DNA from: Callorhinchus milii
Taxonomy: Eukaryota
Assembly: GCF_018977255.1 (NCBI RefSeq)
Contig: NW_024704750.1
Coordinates: 11,594,001-11,658,000, forward strand
Direction of reading: 5' to 3'
DNA length: 64,000 bases
The notes under the pieces are model-generated. The model was not told where the DNA came from. It did not search any database and saw only the letters and a list, made by a program, of their open reading frames with translations. Shown piece by piece: positions 51,152-64,000 of this stretch. Positions within the stretch are counted from its first letter, which is position 1, and each line of letters begins with the position of its first letter. Made by a program: the position numbers and the translations under genes.

Positions 51152-52183
51152 AATTGCATGTATACTTTGAAAGCTGTATTGGAAATGTACATGTACCCTT
51201 TAACAATACTACAATAAAAAGTGAAATGCTGGGAATTGTGGCTTGAAATTAGTGACATTGGATTTTATTTGAAATCCCGATGATAATCGTCCAAAGGAAG
51301 ACAAGGGATATTTGAAACAAAAACAGAAGCGCTGGAAATCTACAATAGTTCAATGAGTATCTGAACAAGAAAGATGGATTATATTTTTAAGGATTGATCC
51401 TTCATCAAAATTTAAACAATAGTCTGCAGGACCTCAATATAGGATAGAGGCAATAAACATTAAAAGCATTCTAAAATTAGAAAGTAATCACATAAGGAGG
51501 CCTTTTGGTGGTGGATCAATAACAGATTGTGAAATACTGTTAAAGGGAGGACTAATCTACATGTAGACTTGGTGTTGGTCACTGATGACACTCTTGCCAT
51601 CACAGGCTGATTTGAAAGTAAAAAAAAAGCAGCCCACTTTGATACATGGGTGGCTGAACCAGTTCTGCTGCTGGATACCATTTCTACTGCCGCTCCCAGT
51701 TACTGAATACCTAGTAGTGGAGCTTTGTTTCCTCGCGTATGTTGTCATCGCATTACTTCCAGCACCACCCACCCCCCACCTCGTCCCCACTGTTATTTAT
51801 AATGCAGCCAATCAGGTAAAAGATTGTCTAAATTTCTGAGTCTGCATAGAACCAATAACGTCATTGTGTTGCATGCACGATGTCGATGAGTATTTAATGA
51901 AATTACATCAGTGGTTCTGCTCAATTACAGAAATTAAACCAAAAAAAGACATTGAATGTGAAAGCAGAGGTTGTACAAAGCGCATTGCTCAAAAAATCAT
52001 TAGTGCATCCACTCGAGTGTTGCTTGTTGTGAAGCAGGTGCCATGGTCTAAACTTAGAGTAAAAATGAAATGACCCAACAGTAAAATGGCATGTAATTCC
52101 AGAACAACTCAGAAAAAGGGACGGCAGGAAAGCAAATGAGCCTGGAGATGGAGTAGGAAAACAGAGCTAAGGTTCACAAGATC

Positions 52184-52520
52184 ACAACAACAATAACAAC
52201 TTTGATTTATATAGCACCCTCCACACCAGACGGCGTCTCAGAGCGCTTCACAGTAACAGATTCTGGGGCCGAGCCAGGGGGATGGGGAGGAAGGTGACCA
52301 ATGGCGCGGTCAAAAAGAAAGTTCTTCAGCAGGGACCTGAAAATAGGAAGAGAGGGGTGAGGAAGGGAATTCCAGAGCCTTGGGGCATAGTGGCTGAAGG
52401 CACAGCCCGCGAGGGTGGAGTGGATGATTCGGGGGATGAGGAGGAGGCCAGACCCAGAGGAACGAAGGCAACGGGTACTGTTTTGAGGAGAGAGGAGGGG
52501 GGTGCAGAGGAGTGGAGTCT
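52184..52520 (-). mobile_element. Older L2 3' end
   Basis: (ACA)n tail, ATTTATATAGCACC...GAGCGCTTCACAGT...GGAATTCCAGAGCCTTGGGGCATAGTGGCTGAAGGC (reverse of AFSHYAPRLWNS). Confidence 0.8.
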
Positions 52521-54189
52521 TATTTTTTCATAGGAAAACATAGATTCAGAAAACATAGTTTTAACAATAAGCATATGAGAACTAAGTCATGGATGGTATT
52601 AAAATGTCTCTGTTTTGTGTGGTTTGCCGAATGTAAATTCACAACGTATTTCTGCTTCGTGACTTCTAACATGGCTAGATAAGGTTAATTTTTTTTTTTT
52701 TCGTTGCTAGTAATCTTTAGTAAGAAAGCTTTCACAGTTGACTCTTAAAGAGATAGAATATAAGAAGCTCCAATGAAATATAATTCTTGAGAAAAATAGA
52801 TGATAGTAGATAAAAACATGTATAACAAGGTTAAATTCTTAAATTGTAAAACCAATATCAGATAATTCTTTACAGAATAAATCCACCTTTGCCTGTGCAA
52901 AATAATAGATTATTGTTGTTGTGTTTGTGAAACTGCTGTTTTTTCGTGCTCTGTTAGACAGTTTCCTGTATGATTAATTGTAGTGTTTTTGTCTGAGAAG
53001 ATGTTCATTATTAGTTAATTGCTGTTAACTAAGGTGGACATGAATAGTTGAAGAGAGTTTGACCTATGAATAGTAAAGGTTTTAACCATGAATGAGTGAC
53101 ATTTCTCCTACCTGTATTGTTTGGGGCAGGAAGGGTGGGAAGGGGATCCAGAGCTTTTGTTGCCTCTGTATTGTCAAGATATATGCTGTAAAAGTTTCTA
53201 GCAGCAAGCATCCAAGGCTTGTCACTCAGGCACAAGTTGCAAAATAAAAGAGTGAATAACCAAAAGATGGATGTTCCCTGTGGTCGACTATTCATGATGC
53301 TCACGATCCCTTAAAAGGAATTTTACCAGCTGTTAGGTAATCTGTCATTTCACATGACCTACTTCTTCAGATTCCCAATGTGTCCAGCACCTTTCCTGAT
53401 GTTCTATACCAATGGTGCTGGTATCATGGGAATTAAAAAGTAAGAGTATAAAAAAACTCCAAGTATTCAAGCACTGAAGGAGAATATAGAGTGTAGAATT
53501 TAAGAAATGTAAAGTAAATAACATTTCAATGGGAATTTGGGGTTAGCTGTTTAATAGATGTGATATTGTACAACCTGTAATTTAGTTGATTAATACACTC
53601 CAGATAGCACCTGTTAATTTAGATGACTGTCACGGACAAATTCTGTTGGGTGGACAAAGCTGCGCTTACAAATTGTGCAGAAATAGTAAAGCTGGTCTGT
53701 TTGAAATGTTAATCATACAAATTGTTGAAATAAAGAGCTGGTTAAATGGAGACATTGTTATTCTGTTTTTCAGTCATTTTAGTCACTTCAAGAATTTTGT
53801 TCTATGGAAACTAAATTTTTCTTTTTTTTCAAACCTAAAGTATCAAATAATTTAATTGTACATTTAAATGTAATTTTTATTACAATTATATCTAAGTAGA
53901 CAGGAACAAACGTTACAGCAACATATTTCCTACCTGGAGCCTAGGGTATAGAATTAAATTAATTAGGAATGAAAATGCTCATGGTTTGTTTTTTGTATGT
54001 GTAAATTGATTTTCTATTCTATGAAATTCACAGTTTAATCAGATAGCTGTTTTCCTTTATACAGCTTTGGAAAACTGACGATATAGTGCAGTGTTATTTT
54101 GTAAGATGACACAATGGAAAAACAAATAAGTCTTATCACTCTTATATTCCAATAACTGATCATGGCCCAACATAACAATCTTTCTAGTT

Positions 54190-54312
54190 AATATTGCACC
54201 TTATCACCTTATCAAAACATCTCAAAGTACTTCACAGGAATGCACTGTAAGGAAGTGTAGTGACTGTGTATTTGTAGGTGAATGTAGCAGCCAATTTGCA
54301 CGCAGCAACATC
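54190..54312 (-). mobile_element. Degenerate DeuSINE 3' part
   Basis: ACATCTCAAAGTACTTCACAG...GTGACTGTG...GCAGCCAATTTGCACGCAGCAA is the reverse of the SINE body and tail. Confidence 0.7.
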
Positions 54313-55220
54313 AATAATTAATTTATTGTAATGAAGTGGTTATTTCAAAGGTTGAATGAGTGGTCAGTTATGGGAAACTATGCTAAGTGTAAACCCATAA
54401 TCTTGTTATAAATAAAGGAATATTTAATGTCTTCTTTGAATGCAATATTGTACATTGCTCAAGATGCTTTGAGATGTATTATGTGTCAGTTGGGGGTTTT
54501 CAGGTGCGTGTGGAAACCTGTCTCTGAAAGAACAAAAATCAATTGCTGGCAGATCTGCAATGTCAGCACTGTTATCCTGCTTTGCCATACCTGATTGTTT
54601 TCTGTCCCTAATCCTTCTTGGAATTCTTTCCTTGCTCCCACTGAGTCATGGCCCGCTGCCTCAAAAAGTCAGGTTCCTACAGGAACTTACAGCCTTTTGA
54701 CCCAGACGCAAGAATGTTACCACCAACTGAGTCTCTTCCGATTCCTTACTTTGGATTGAGAGAATATGTGTTCAGGAGCACAAACGTATCTTCCAGCCTG
54801 CGAACAAGTACCCTATCGAGTACCTCTGGAAAATGCCTCAATTTTATAAGGCTGTGGGCTCTCTTGGGACACTTCATTGAGACACTTCATGGTGAGCATG
54901 AAAAGCAACCTGGCTGTCCTATGAGCAGAAGTAGCAGAATACTGGTGCACAAACCTACAAAGAAAGGGGGTTAAAAGCATGAATTAGTCTGATTGACAAC
55001 TGTCTAACCAGACTGGACCAACAGATGGAGTGCATGCTCTACAGGGACTGACTCATCACAAATTATGGTCAGTGACCTTGACACAATTCAATCTGAAAAG
55101 CATGGGCAAAACCTTTGGAGTGAAGGAATGAGCAGACAGGCCAAGACATCAATTCCTTCATCAGACACTCTGCAACAAGCTCTTACACCAAATCCTGGTA
55201 ATCTCGTAATGTAACAAATT

Positions 55221-55530
55221 GATCATAGAGTGATAGAATGTTTACAGCACAGAGAAAAGTAATTTGGCCAATTTTGTCTGTGTTCATGCTCGCTCCCCCA
55301 CTTATCTAACCCCCATCCCTCCAATCTTTAATATGCATTAATATTATTTTTCTTCCAGCATGTATCCAATAATTATTATTATTATTATTATATTTCTTCT
55401 AACTTCCTTCTTTTGTCTTATGATGTTAGCCCTCAATTTATGCCCCTTTGTGAACTGATTTATCCCACTTAAACTGTTCCAGTGAAGAAAGTCCCAACTT
55501 GTTAAATCTCCACAAAACTATGACCTCTCA
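55221..55530 (-). mobile_element. Degenerate CR1-like 3' end
   Basis: ATCATAGAGTGATAGAATGTTTACAGCACAGA...TTTGGCCAATTTTGTCTGTG resembles a reversed CR1 3'UTR. Confidence 0.45.
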
Positions 55531-55594
55531 CCATGAGAAAAAATCAAAAGGAAAAAGAGGTGAAATTATTGGCCGACACTAGAAAAACTCTGTA

Positions 55595-55680
55595 TTTCTT
55601 CAAAAAAAGTGCTATGCATTCTTTAACATTCACCTGAACTGCCAAAACAGTCAGATGGAGTCTTGGTTTAATGTCTCAAC
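55595..55680 (-). mobile_element. Deu-domain SINE remnant
   Basis: Reverse complement GTTGAGACATTAAACCAAGACTCCATCTG...TTCAGGTGAATGTTAAAGAATGCATAGCACTTTTTTTGAAGAA matches the 5' Deu domain. Confidence 0.65.
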
Positions 55681-55727
55681 CACAAAGCCTCACATTAGGA
55701 ACCTGCCAAACACCTTCTCAAAATTGT

Positions 55728-55920
55728 GATTGAATTATTTAGGATTATGAAAGAGCTAGACAAAATAAGCAGTGAGTGACTTTATTCACCTGGAGGATCC
55801 ACTAAAGAGGACATAAACCTAAATTGGGGTAAAATGGGTTAGGACCAAGATGAAGGAAAAAATGTCACAGAACATAATAACTAAATGGAATGCACTGCTA
55901 CAGAAGACCATGGATGAGAA
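55728..55920 (+). mobile_element. CR1 ORF2 C-terminal fragment
   Basis: IELFRIMKELDKI, GGACATAAACCTAAATT (GHxxKL region) and TGGAATGCACTG (WNAL). Confidence 0.55.
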
Positions 55921-57399
55921 ATCAGTTGACTATTTATGGTCCTTTAGCCATTTTTTAAAAAAAAGAAAGCTAGGTTTCTTATTTGAGTATATTTGTTGAA
56001 ACATGCCTAAAATTGACAGTTAAAGGCACTTTTGAAATTAAATACATATACCGGAATTTCCTTTAAAAATGTATTGATAGTGAATTGCTGTGCAAGAGAA
56101 ATATGATCACTGATGATATACTGTAAATTTCTTTGTACAATTAGGAACAACAATACTTCTATATCTTTCATCGACCTGTCAATACATGACATTTGTAATG
56201 ACAAGAAAGGAGGTCTGTGTCAAAATCTGGACTAAGTTTAGTTTTTGTGGGTCGAAAACATAAAGGTCGATGTGGCAGCCTTTTGACTCTGAAACCTTTA
56301 CTAAGTCAATATATTATCTGATTTTAAAGTGTACATAAAAGCTACTTTATAGATGATTATGTGTGTTTTATTGTGGTTTTACAAGAATGGTTTTCTTTGA
56401 TGTTTTTTTTGAAAGGTGAGACTAGCATTATGTAGTTTGCCTGGGGAGTTGCCATTGAAAACTTTACATGATGCACTGAGCTCAAACAGCTCATAAGGAA
56501 CAATGCTGCTTCACATACATTATTATATCCCATCAGTCATTTGTTTACATTGTATCTGTGAAGTTGAAATAGGGTTTGTCAACTTTCTTTGTCGAGGTAA
56601 TGAAACAATAGCCAAAACAAGGTTCAGGATTAAATTTTCACTATGTGTGTATTGCCTCAGGTTATAAATAAGGTAGTTTTGATAGCTGATGGACATCTGT
56701 GAGCCTTAATTTTGATGTGCACCTTATTTAGTTGTCAGACGTGTGCCCGATATAAGGATTACGTGACATTTGATTGACTATAATTACTGAAATAGTAACA
56801 ATACTATATATATGCCCAGATATTTGGAATATTATTTCTAACAGCTAATAGTTGGTAGTTGGAAATGTGCAGTAACAGCGAAAGTTTCAATTGAATTAAC
56901 TAAAGAGTCAAAAAGAACCTATCTCTTACAAGGCTCAATAGAGAAGATTGGAGAATCATATTTAAGTTTTAAAGTCTTTAGTCCACTGATTATCAATTAC
57001 TATTCGTATAATTATTAGACTTTTGTCAACGCATCCAGCTATCAAACTCTTGTACTAATTATTAGTAATAGTTGTATATATAAGTCCACATTTAGTTAAG
57101 AAGTTTTTTGGATGGAGAACATAAAAGTTGATAGGGAAACCTTTAACTCTGAAATTAAAGTCCATTGCTGGGTGTAATTTGGAATAACCTGTGGTTTCCA
57201 TCTTTAGTCAATATCTGTCAACATTAGTTTGGGCTAAGAGAACAAAGAATATAGGTCACCAACTAGGTGATTTCATTACCACACCTGTACAGCTACCACA
57301 ATGAGAGTAGAATTTTTCCAGCAAGAGGTAAAAGAAGCATTAGTCATGCAACCCTCAACCAAGCTCTTATTGTACAACTTTACATTAGCATACTTCAAG

Positions 57400-57640
57400 G
57401 GTATGGGGAAATAATCTGACATAAACTCAGAGGCATTATTCAAAGTCAAATCAGTTCAGGATAGATGGGCATTCTTAAAAGAAATAGTGCAGAGAATGCA
57501 GGACAAACATATACCCAAGTACAAAATGAATCAACCGGAAAATAAAAGAGATTAAAGAAAAAAAAAGGAAGAGTTACACAGCTTGTTCATGAACGGAGAG
57601 GGTGACCCATGGGCTAAATACATGACTATAGAAAAAAGTC
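57400..57640 (+). mobile_element. CR1 ORF2 fragment (EN-RT linker)
   Basis: RWAFLKEIVQRMQDKHIPK resembles the CR1 WxxFKxxIxxxQxxxIP motif. Confidence 0.55.
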
Positions 57641-57822
57641 TTAAAAAACTAATAGGGGAGTCACAAGCTGTCCTATAAAGGACCTCCAGCCATGCTGAAG
57701 GCAGATGTTTGTCAGATAGCTGGTAACTGAGCAGATATGAGGCTTAAGGAGACAGCTCCCCTTGTCGTCTTGTGACTTCTTCAGTCTGATGTTCTCAACC
57801 ATTTGAAAACCTGTGTTTGCGT

Positions 57823-58125
57823 AGCACATCCCCCGCCTCGCCCACCCCACCATTGGCTGGCAAGCCTTCAGCCGCTCTGCCCCTACCCTCTGGAACGCCA
57901 CCCCGCAGTCACTCCACCTCACCCCCTCCCTTGCCTCCTTCAAGACCTGTTTCAAGACACTCTTCGACCATGCCTTCGGTCACCCTCCTTCACTCCCCTG
58001 CCCCCCACTCTCCCTGATCCCAACCCCCAACTCGGGTCCAAAGCTCTGATTGTCTAGCACCTTGGGACATCCTCCCGACGTGAAAGGCGCTATACAAATG
58101 TAATTTTGTTTGTTGTTGCTGTTTA
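57823..58125 (+). mobile_element. L2 3' end
   Basis: HIPRLAHPTIGWQAFSRSAPTLWNA, then CTTGGGACATCCTCCCGACGTGAAAGGCGCTATACAAATG and a (TTG)n-like tail. Confidence 0.85.
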
Positions 58126-59184
58126 TTTGTATGACTGCTTCTCTTCCCTCACTGGTAATGACAGTTATCTTCCAGAGCTTTGACTCCAATAGTTTAGTAT
58201 AAACAGTATAAGCACTGGTTCGTATCAGTTCAATTTCTGAGAGAAGGCAATTTAGATCTCTGATTGAATTGCTTAAGACAAGTGACTATTTGTTCAATGA
58301 TAACTAAATGTTCCTATCTGCTAGAAATCCCCTGAAACTTTAGGAAGAAGGTTTGGATAGAGTCATGACTTGATGAACTTTTTCTCTGATGACACCAGGA
58401 TTGCCTTTCTTTGTAAGTGCAATCACAGGACAGTTTGAGATAAGTAAGAATGTGATTATTGATTTAGCAGATATTTATACTAATTATATTTTGTGTGGTT
58501 TCAATTGATCCTCTCGACATGACTGTAACAAAAATAGTCTGGGAAAATTTGCTCCAGACAGTTATGGCATTGTACAAGCCAGAATCCATTGTGTGCCCCA
58601 GGCTCTCAAAGGGTTTCTTTTTACACAATCTGTTGTGATTTGCCAGTTGTCTTTAAGGTCAAGATGAATCATATGTAAGGACCATTAAAATAGATTTGAA
58701 CTATTTTCACTAGTAAGTACGCTTTTTGAGTGAGTGAATCAGTAAAAAAATATTTTCACCAAGTTCCTTTTTAAAATTTGAATTTGCCAATCTTATTCAT
58801 CATCTGTGATATTGTACATACTCGTTGATAACACTGTGGTGATCCTGCTCGGCTTCCACTAGCATCTCACTAACACAGGTGCTGACACGATGGACCTCCC
58901 CAGTTGTCCCAAGAGTTGTCCCAGTTGAATCTTGTGGAGTCTTAATGTTTTGTTCAACCCTTGACTCTTATCAAACTTTTCATCTGGGCTTCTTCCAACA
59001 TGAAAGGATCCATCTAAGTGCAAATCATTTTTTTGTTTCTATGTTTAGTGATAGATACTTCAAACCGTCAGAACAGGATAGACATTCTCTTTTGAGCCTG
59101 AAACAGTTAACTGAGTAAGTCAGCAACCCCGTCATTTTATTCAATATCAGCCCTTTTTTAATTTCTACATCTGGTCTTTGATTA

Positions 59185-59430
59185 AGACCACCTTCCTCCA
59201 TCTCCGTAATATTGCTTCCACCACTATCTACCTCGAATATAGCTAAAACCCTCCTCTAATGCTTTGAGTTTAAGATCGCAATGTTGCCCATCATTCACCC
59301 ACAAAACAGAGTCGCTACACTTTCCTGTGAAGAGTCTTGAGATGCTCCCCTGATATGAAAAGTGTTATACCAAATGTAAGCTTTAGTGTTATTATTCAAA
59401 TCACTCCATGCTCTAGCTCCACCCAATCTT
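59185..59430 (+). mobile_element. Highly degenerate L2 remnants
   Basis: CCTTCCTCCATCTCCGTAATATTGC (FLHLRNIA), FKSLHALAPP and a tail-like GTGAAGAGTCTTGAGATG...CAAATGTAAG. Confidence 0.5.
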
Positions 59431-61109
59431 CTGCCTGAACTCCTGCTTACATCATCATCTACTCAAATTCATTTGGCACTGCTCATTGAGCAGCATGAAG
59501 CACTGCAAAACTTACATCTCGGATCATTCTCGCCTCTTGTCTGTGTGGTCAAGAAACAGCTAGAAGAAGAAAATGTAGGAAGGAAATGGTCCCACCCACA
59601 CTCAAATTAAAGTGTGTTTGTTTAAAACCATTTAGAACAATATTCTTTGTCATTCACTCATGTTTTTCTTGTCTATAAAATTCTCTTGAGAATTGCTTTT
59701 GTCAGAAGTTGCTCAATTCTTTTACAAATACCACAACAGTTTACACCCTTTTGTCACAATAAGGAATACAATGTATGGGAGCTGTCCTATTGCCTCTATT
59801 GGTGGTGAAATAAAAAGTGTGAACAATTAATTCCTTTATCTGTTCAGATATTAGAAAAAGAAAGGGTGTCAGTAGAACACATGTGAAGATTATCATTACA
59901 ATGCAATGGAATGCAATGTTGTTCCTTTTTGATGCGTTTTTTTAGTTTATACTGAGGCACATATCCTTATATTTTGTGTCAACAGTACAGCAATTCACAA
60001 TTCATCTTTTTTTTACTGAAAGTTTATAGATCAAGTGTTGTGGAAAGTGACTGCAGTTTTGGCTGCAAGAGGTCAGAGAAATCTGCGATGGTCCGTTTGC
60101 AAGTTTCACTCTCCAGGTTCAGACATCCTTCATTCCTGGATAGGACTCTATTGTGGTAAACCATGATGACAAAGTGTCTTATCATCCTGTTGGTTTGCCT
60201 GTGATGATTTTGGTGGTCTCTCTCTGTAGAAACACCCTCTTGCTCGATGATCAAATATCTGAGAATAGATATAAATCTCAACTGTTGAAAAACTGTACAA
60301 TACTATGATGGCACAGATAACAGTACAACTCAATGAGTCACACAAACACCATGATTTGGCCATAACAGGAGTTGTATACTTTGGAACGGAAATATTGTTC
60401 ATGGTGGTATGTGCATTCAGCTGCAAATAGTGTGCAGAAATTATGCTGTGCGAAAGATGTGCTTTTAATAGCTTTCTAGTTCACCTCATTATACCCACAC
60501 TTAGCAATTACTGCACAATGTTAACAGCGGTGTATTGTGACGAAAAAACATTTTTCAATAAAGGCTGTAATTACTTTAATATATGTCAGTATCACAGCAG
60601 CTGTGTGAAAACTTCCATTTTTATTTTCAAACTACGACTGCTTCATTAAATATCCTGACTGCACTCTTTTGGGTATGTCCTTAACTACACAAATCCAAAG
60701 GTCAAACGATTCACAGTGCATTGGGAGAGAAATGCTGCAGATTGTGGTGCAGACTCACCCAAGAACCAGTTATCAAGTCATTAACAGCTTGAATAAGCTT
60801 TATTTATTTGTATCTGAAAATAATTGCAATAACTTGAAATCTGGTCAGGGAGTCATCATTCATATTTGTTATCTACTGTGAATCCCGAAGAACTCACATT
60901 TTACTGCATTTAACATAATATAAATAATGGACTGACCTTGAAAGACTGTGCTTGATAGACAACCCCTACCCACCCCCCTCTTGTGACGTCAAAGGAGTGT
61001 TATTTTTGATTACTATTACAAAGTATAGTTACTGTGTTTTGCCAATTTTTTCTCTCTTCTACCCCAAAGGTTCCAACTCAGATATGAATCCTCAGACCTC
61101 TCAATATCT

Positions 61110-61430
61110 CACCCAATTGCCAATTTTCCAATTGTGAGATGAGAGAGAGTCAGTGTCAGCAAGCTATTCAACTGTAAAGAGTATGACCTGCTAGTCCCAA
61201 TCCAGCTATTACCCAAGATCTCCACTTTATAGAAAGAGTGATTGGATAATGATCAGAAGTAAAATCTTTCTCTGATTTTACCCTCCCTAACCAAGGGACA
61301 ATATCCTCATTTGTAATGATTCAGCTATCACTGAGATTAGGAAACTATAACAGACTGAGAGTCGAACTAGAAATCTTCTGGTCTGTGTGGCTTAATTCTA
61401 TTCTGGGCAGTGCTTTTATCCACAAGGCAA
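61110..61430 (-). mobile_element. Old tRNA-derived SINE, second family
   Basis: Minus strand has a tRNA-like head with TAGTTCGACTC (B-box-like) and a body ...GGTTAGGGAGGGTAAAATCAG...CAGTTGAATAGCTTGCTGACACTGAC; similar to 46130-46295. Confidence 0.55.
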
Positions 61431-63254
61431 TTGTTGGAGTCAAATAAGTTCTGAAGTTAGACATGAAATAAAAATAACTAAATTAACCTACTTTACTGTA
61501 TCTCTGGTACTTCTAAATTGTCTTTTTTAAACCAAAAAAGCATAAGATATCTACAAATTAATAATTACTTTTAAGAGTAATCTTATTTTTATTATGTTAC
61601 ATTATCTTTGACCTCTTGGTGACTTTAGGACATTGATTGACACTACAGGTATTATTATTGCTGAATATAAAAGTAGTGATTGTTCTATTTCTACTGATTA
61701 TTTAAGGATTACTAGATTCTTAAAATTGAAAATGCAACTAAGCAAGACACGCTAGTTCCCTTAAGTAAAAACTTTTCCCTTAAGCTGCTTGGAAATACAA
61801 TATGATAATACATCGCTGCTATGAAGTTTGCATACATTCCACGATGGCTTTTAAAATAGTGACAACCCCATTGTACCAAATTGAGGAAAAGACCTGGTCA
61901 AATGTCAAGCTTTTCTTGAAGATGGTTTGGTAAATAAGATGGTATAATGACTAAAGATTTAGGAGATAGACAGCACCTCCACAGTGAGGTCACTCTTTTT
62001 GTAGAACCAGATGTACTTCTTTTTATAGCCTGCAGGTAGGAATTGTAACTAAAGTGTAAAGTTACTCTAAATGGAGCAGACGTTTCTGATTGTACTTGAC
62101 TACAGAGGTTTTTTTGCATTAGGTTACATAACGGATGATGGTTTCAGATGAAAGAAAACCACCTCTCACAGGATTTTTGGTATTGTTTAATTATGTGGAA
62201 AGAAAACAAGTTGAAACAAATTCCTTGATGGTGAAAGTCAGCAAGGTTCTCCTATTATCCTTCTGATATTTCAGATGGGAAAGTTAGTTATGACAGTGTA
62301 CTCATCAATCATAGCTTGATCACAAAGATAGAAAAACATTGAATGAACTCAAAATCCAATTTATCCAGTTTGACAACTGACAATATGGCATCTTTTGTAC
62401 AACACAAACATACAAATGTTCTAAAACAGCCTGCAGCAGATATGTGAATGAAGATTTGTAAATTGTTGAAATTTATCTGCCAAGGTAACTTTTTTTTAAA
62501 GTAAAAAAAAGTGCCAAAGATTTATACTGTACACAGTATATATCTTGTATACTGATTATGTATAGCATTAAATGTTTATCTACATGCACATTCCATATTA
62601 AAATATCATACCAATATCCATTAATTGAGATTCCACTAAAGAGTAATAATTGTGAGGTAACAAGCCCCACTCTTTAGATCTCTAATGCTCTTAGAAAAGC
62701 AAGACGGGGAACATTTGAATTTTGATATGATCAGTGTTTCCCATTAAATATTAAGGTAATGTTTGTTTTTAAAATATATCTCAATCCTCAGCACTATTTG
62801 TTACAAGCTTGTTTTCTTTAATTAAAAGGAGGCTTTGTCCCACAATACATTTATTACAGAGATATGCAATTGTTTTTCAATTTAGTTAAATGTAGATTAT
62901 ATTGTCTTAATTGACATAGTTAAAGATTGAATTCTAAAATCATTTCAAGCAATGTTATAATCAGGGTGAATAGAAACCTGCTGAGAATTTTGCAAAACTC
63001 TTAAACTCATTGCAATACAATGAAGAATGGGCGGTATAAATCAGGCATCCCACTTCACATTATTCCACTGCTGAAAGAATATTGTTTTGCTTCCAGCAAT
63101 ATAAAATGCACAACAAAGCAGCAATGGTCTTATCTGAAACTCTTTTGAAACAGTTGCAACCATGAGCTCTGGTCAGTGCTGCAAGTTGAATATCAGTTTC
63201 GTCCTTTGTCATCCTTATTTTTCTGTTTTATGTTTATTCAACATATAATAATAT

Positions 63255-63556
63255 AATAAATAATCCTTGCATTTGAAATAGTACCTTATCATGTCTTGGA
63301 GACATCTCAAAGCGCTTCACAGAATGTATAGTGAATTGACTGTATATATTTTGTGGGCGAAACACAGCAGCCAATTGCGCACATCAGTGTCCTACAAACA
63401 GTCGTGGATTGAATGACCAAATTCTTCTTCTTTTTTGAAGGAATTATTACGCCTGGAAAAGCAATCCGCCAATCAACTAACAACCGGGTTCCTATTTACC
63501 GAACCCAGGTCTCTCGCTTGCGAGGAGAGCGCTCTAGCACTGAGCCACAGGGCTCC
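63255..63556 (-). mobile_element. tRNA-derived SINE (head, internal deletion, 3' Deu-like domain, L2-type tail)
   Basis: Minus strand GGAGCCCTGTGGCTCAGTGCTAGAGCGCTCTCCTCGCAAGCGAGAGACCTGGGTTCG, the same head as 29827, and the same body and tail as 24.2 and 35.2 kb. Confidence 0.9.
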
Positions 63557-64000
63557 AACACATAGGTAAGAACTAAAAATAATATAGGATAGGTGTAAAT
63601 TATAACTTTGAATGTAAGCTAAATTGATGCAGTTAGTACAGATTATGGTATTTTTGAACTGTATTATCTCTACTGTATTGTCATCTTATCTCCACGCAAT
63701 ATATCACAACACTAACAGTACACACTTCTTGACCTGCTTGTAATACAAGTCAATGATGTGTCAGTTTTGCCATCAGACTATTTATATTATTAGAGATTAA
63801 AAAAGAATTAGAACTAGTGGGGAGAAATTCCACCAAGGTCTAGGTTTATTCTATTTATGTAGCACTTTAGAAAGTTCAGAATTTTACAAATTCTTAAATA
63901 TAACCTTAATTTTGAAGACATGTTTGTAAGTTTTGTATAGGAACTACGGAAAATTTATTTCAAAGTTAAGACTATAAGCTATTCAAAAAATTGACAAATT

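Overview
Vertebrate genomic DNA, most likely a cartilaginous fish (possibly a holocephalan; inferred from the protein sequence and the L2/CR1/Deu-SINE repeat content). It has one protein-coding gene, the single-coding-exon forkhead factor FOXG1 (8564-9799, +, 411 aa), with a GC/CCAAT-box CpG-island promoter interrupted by a 135-N gap and a 3'UTR carrying miR-9, miR-200, miR-30 and miR-33-type seed matches. The rest is gene desert. Roughly the first 24 kb has no recognisable transposons, and CpG persists to about 31 kb. Beyond 31.3 kb the DNA is CpG-depleted and contains L2, CR1 and RTE-like fragments, tRNA-derived SINEs and several stretches that look like conserved non-coding elements. The best leads are: (1) an internal splice donor 37 codons before the FOXG1 stop plus strong orphan acceptors downstream, suggesting alternative C-termini or a downstream spliced RNA; (2) sequence evidence for a germline-hypomethylated domain, with SINE copies as an internal control; (3) a YWPM-to-YWPV change in the Groucho/TLE-binding region; (4) young L2 insertions with readable TSDs and duplicated 5' junctions. 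I see no evidence for a wholly new multi-gene system. All homology calls are from memory, not from database searches.
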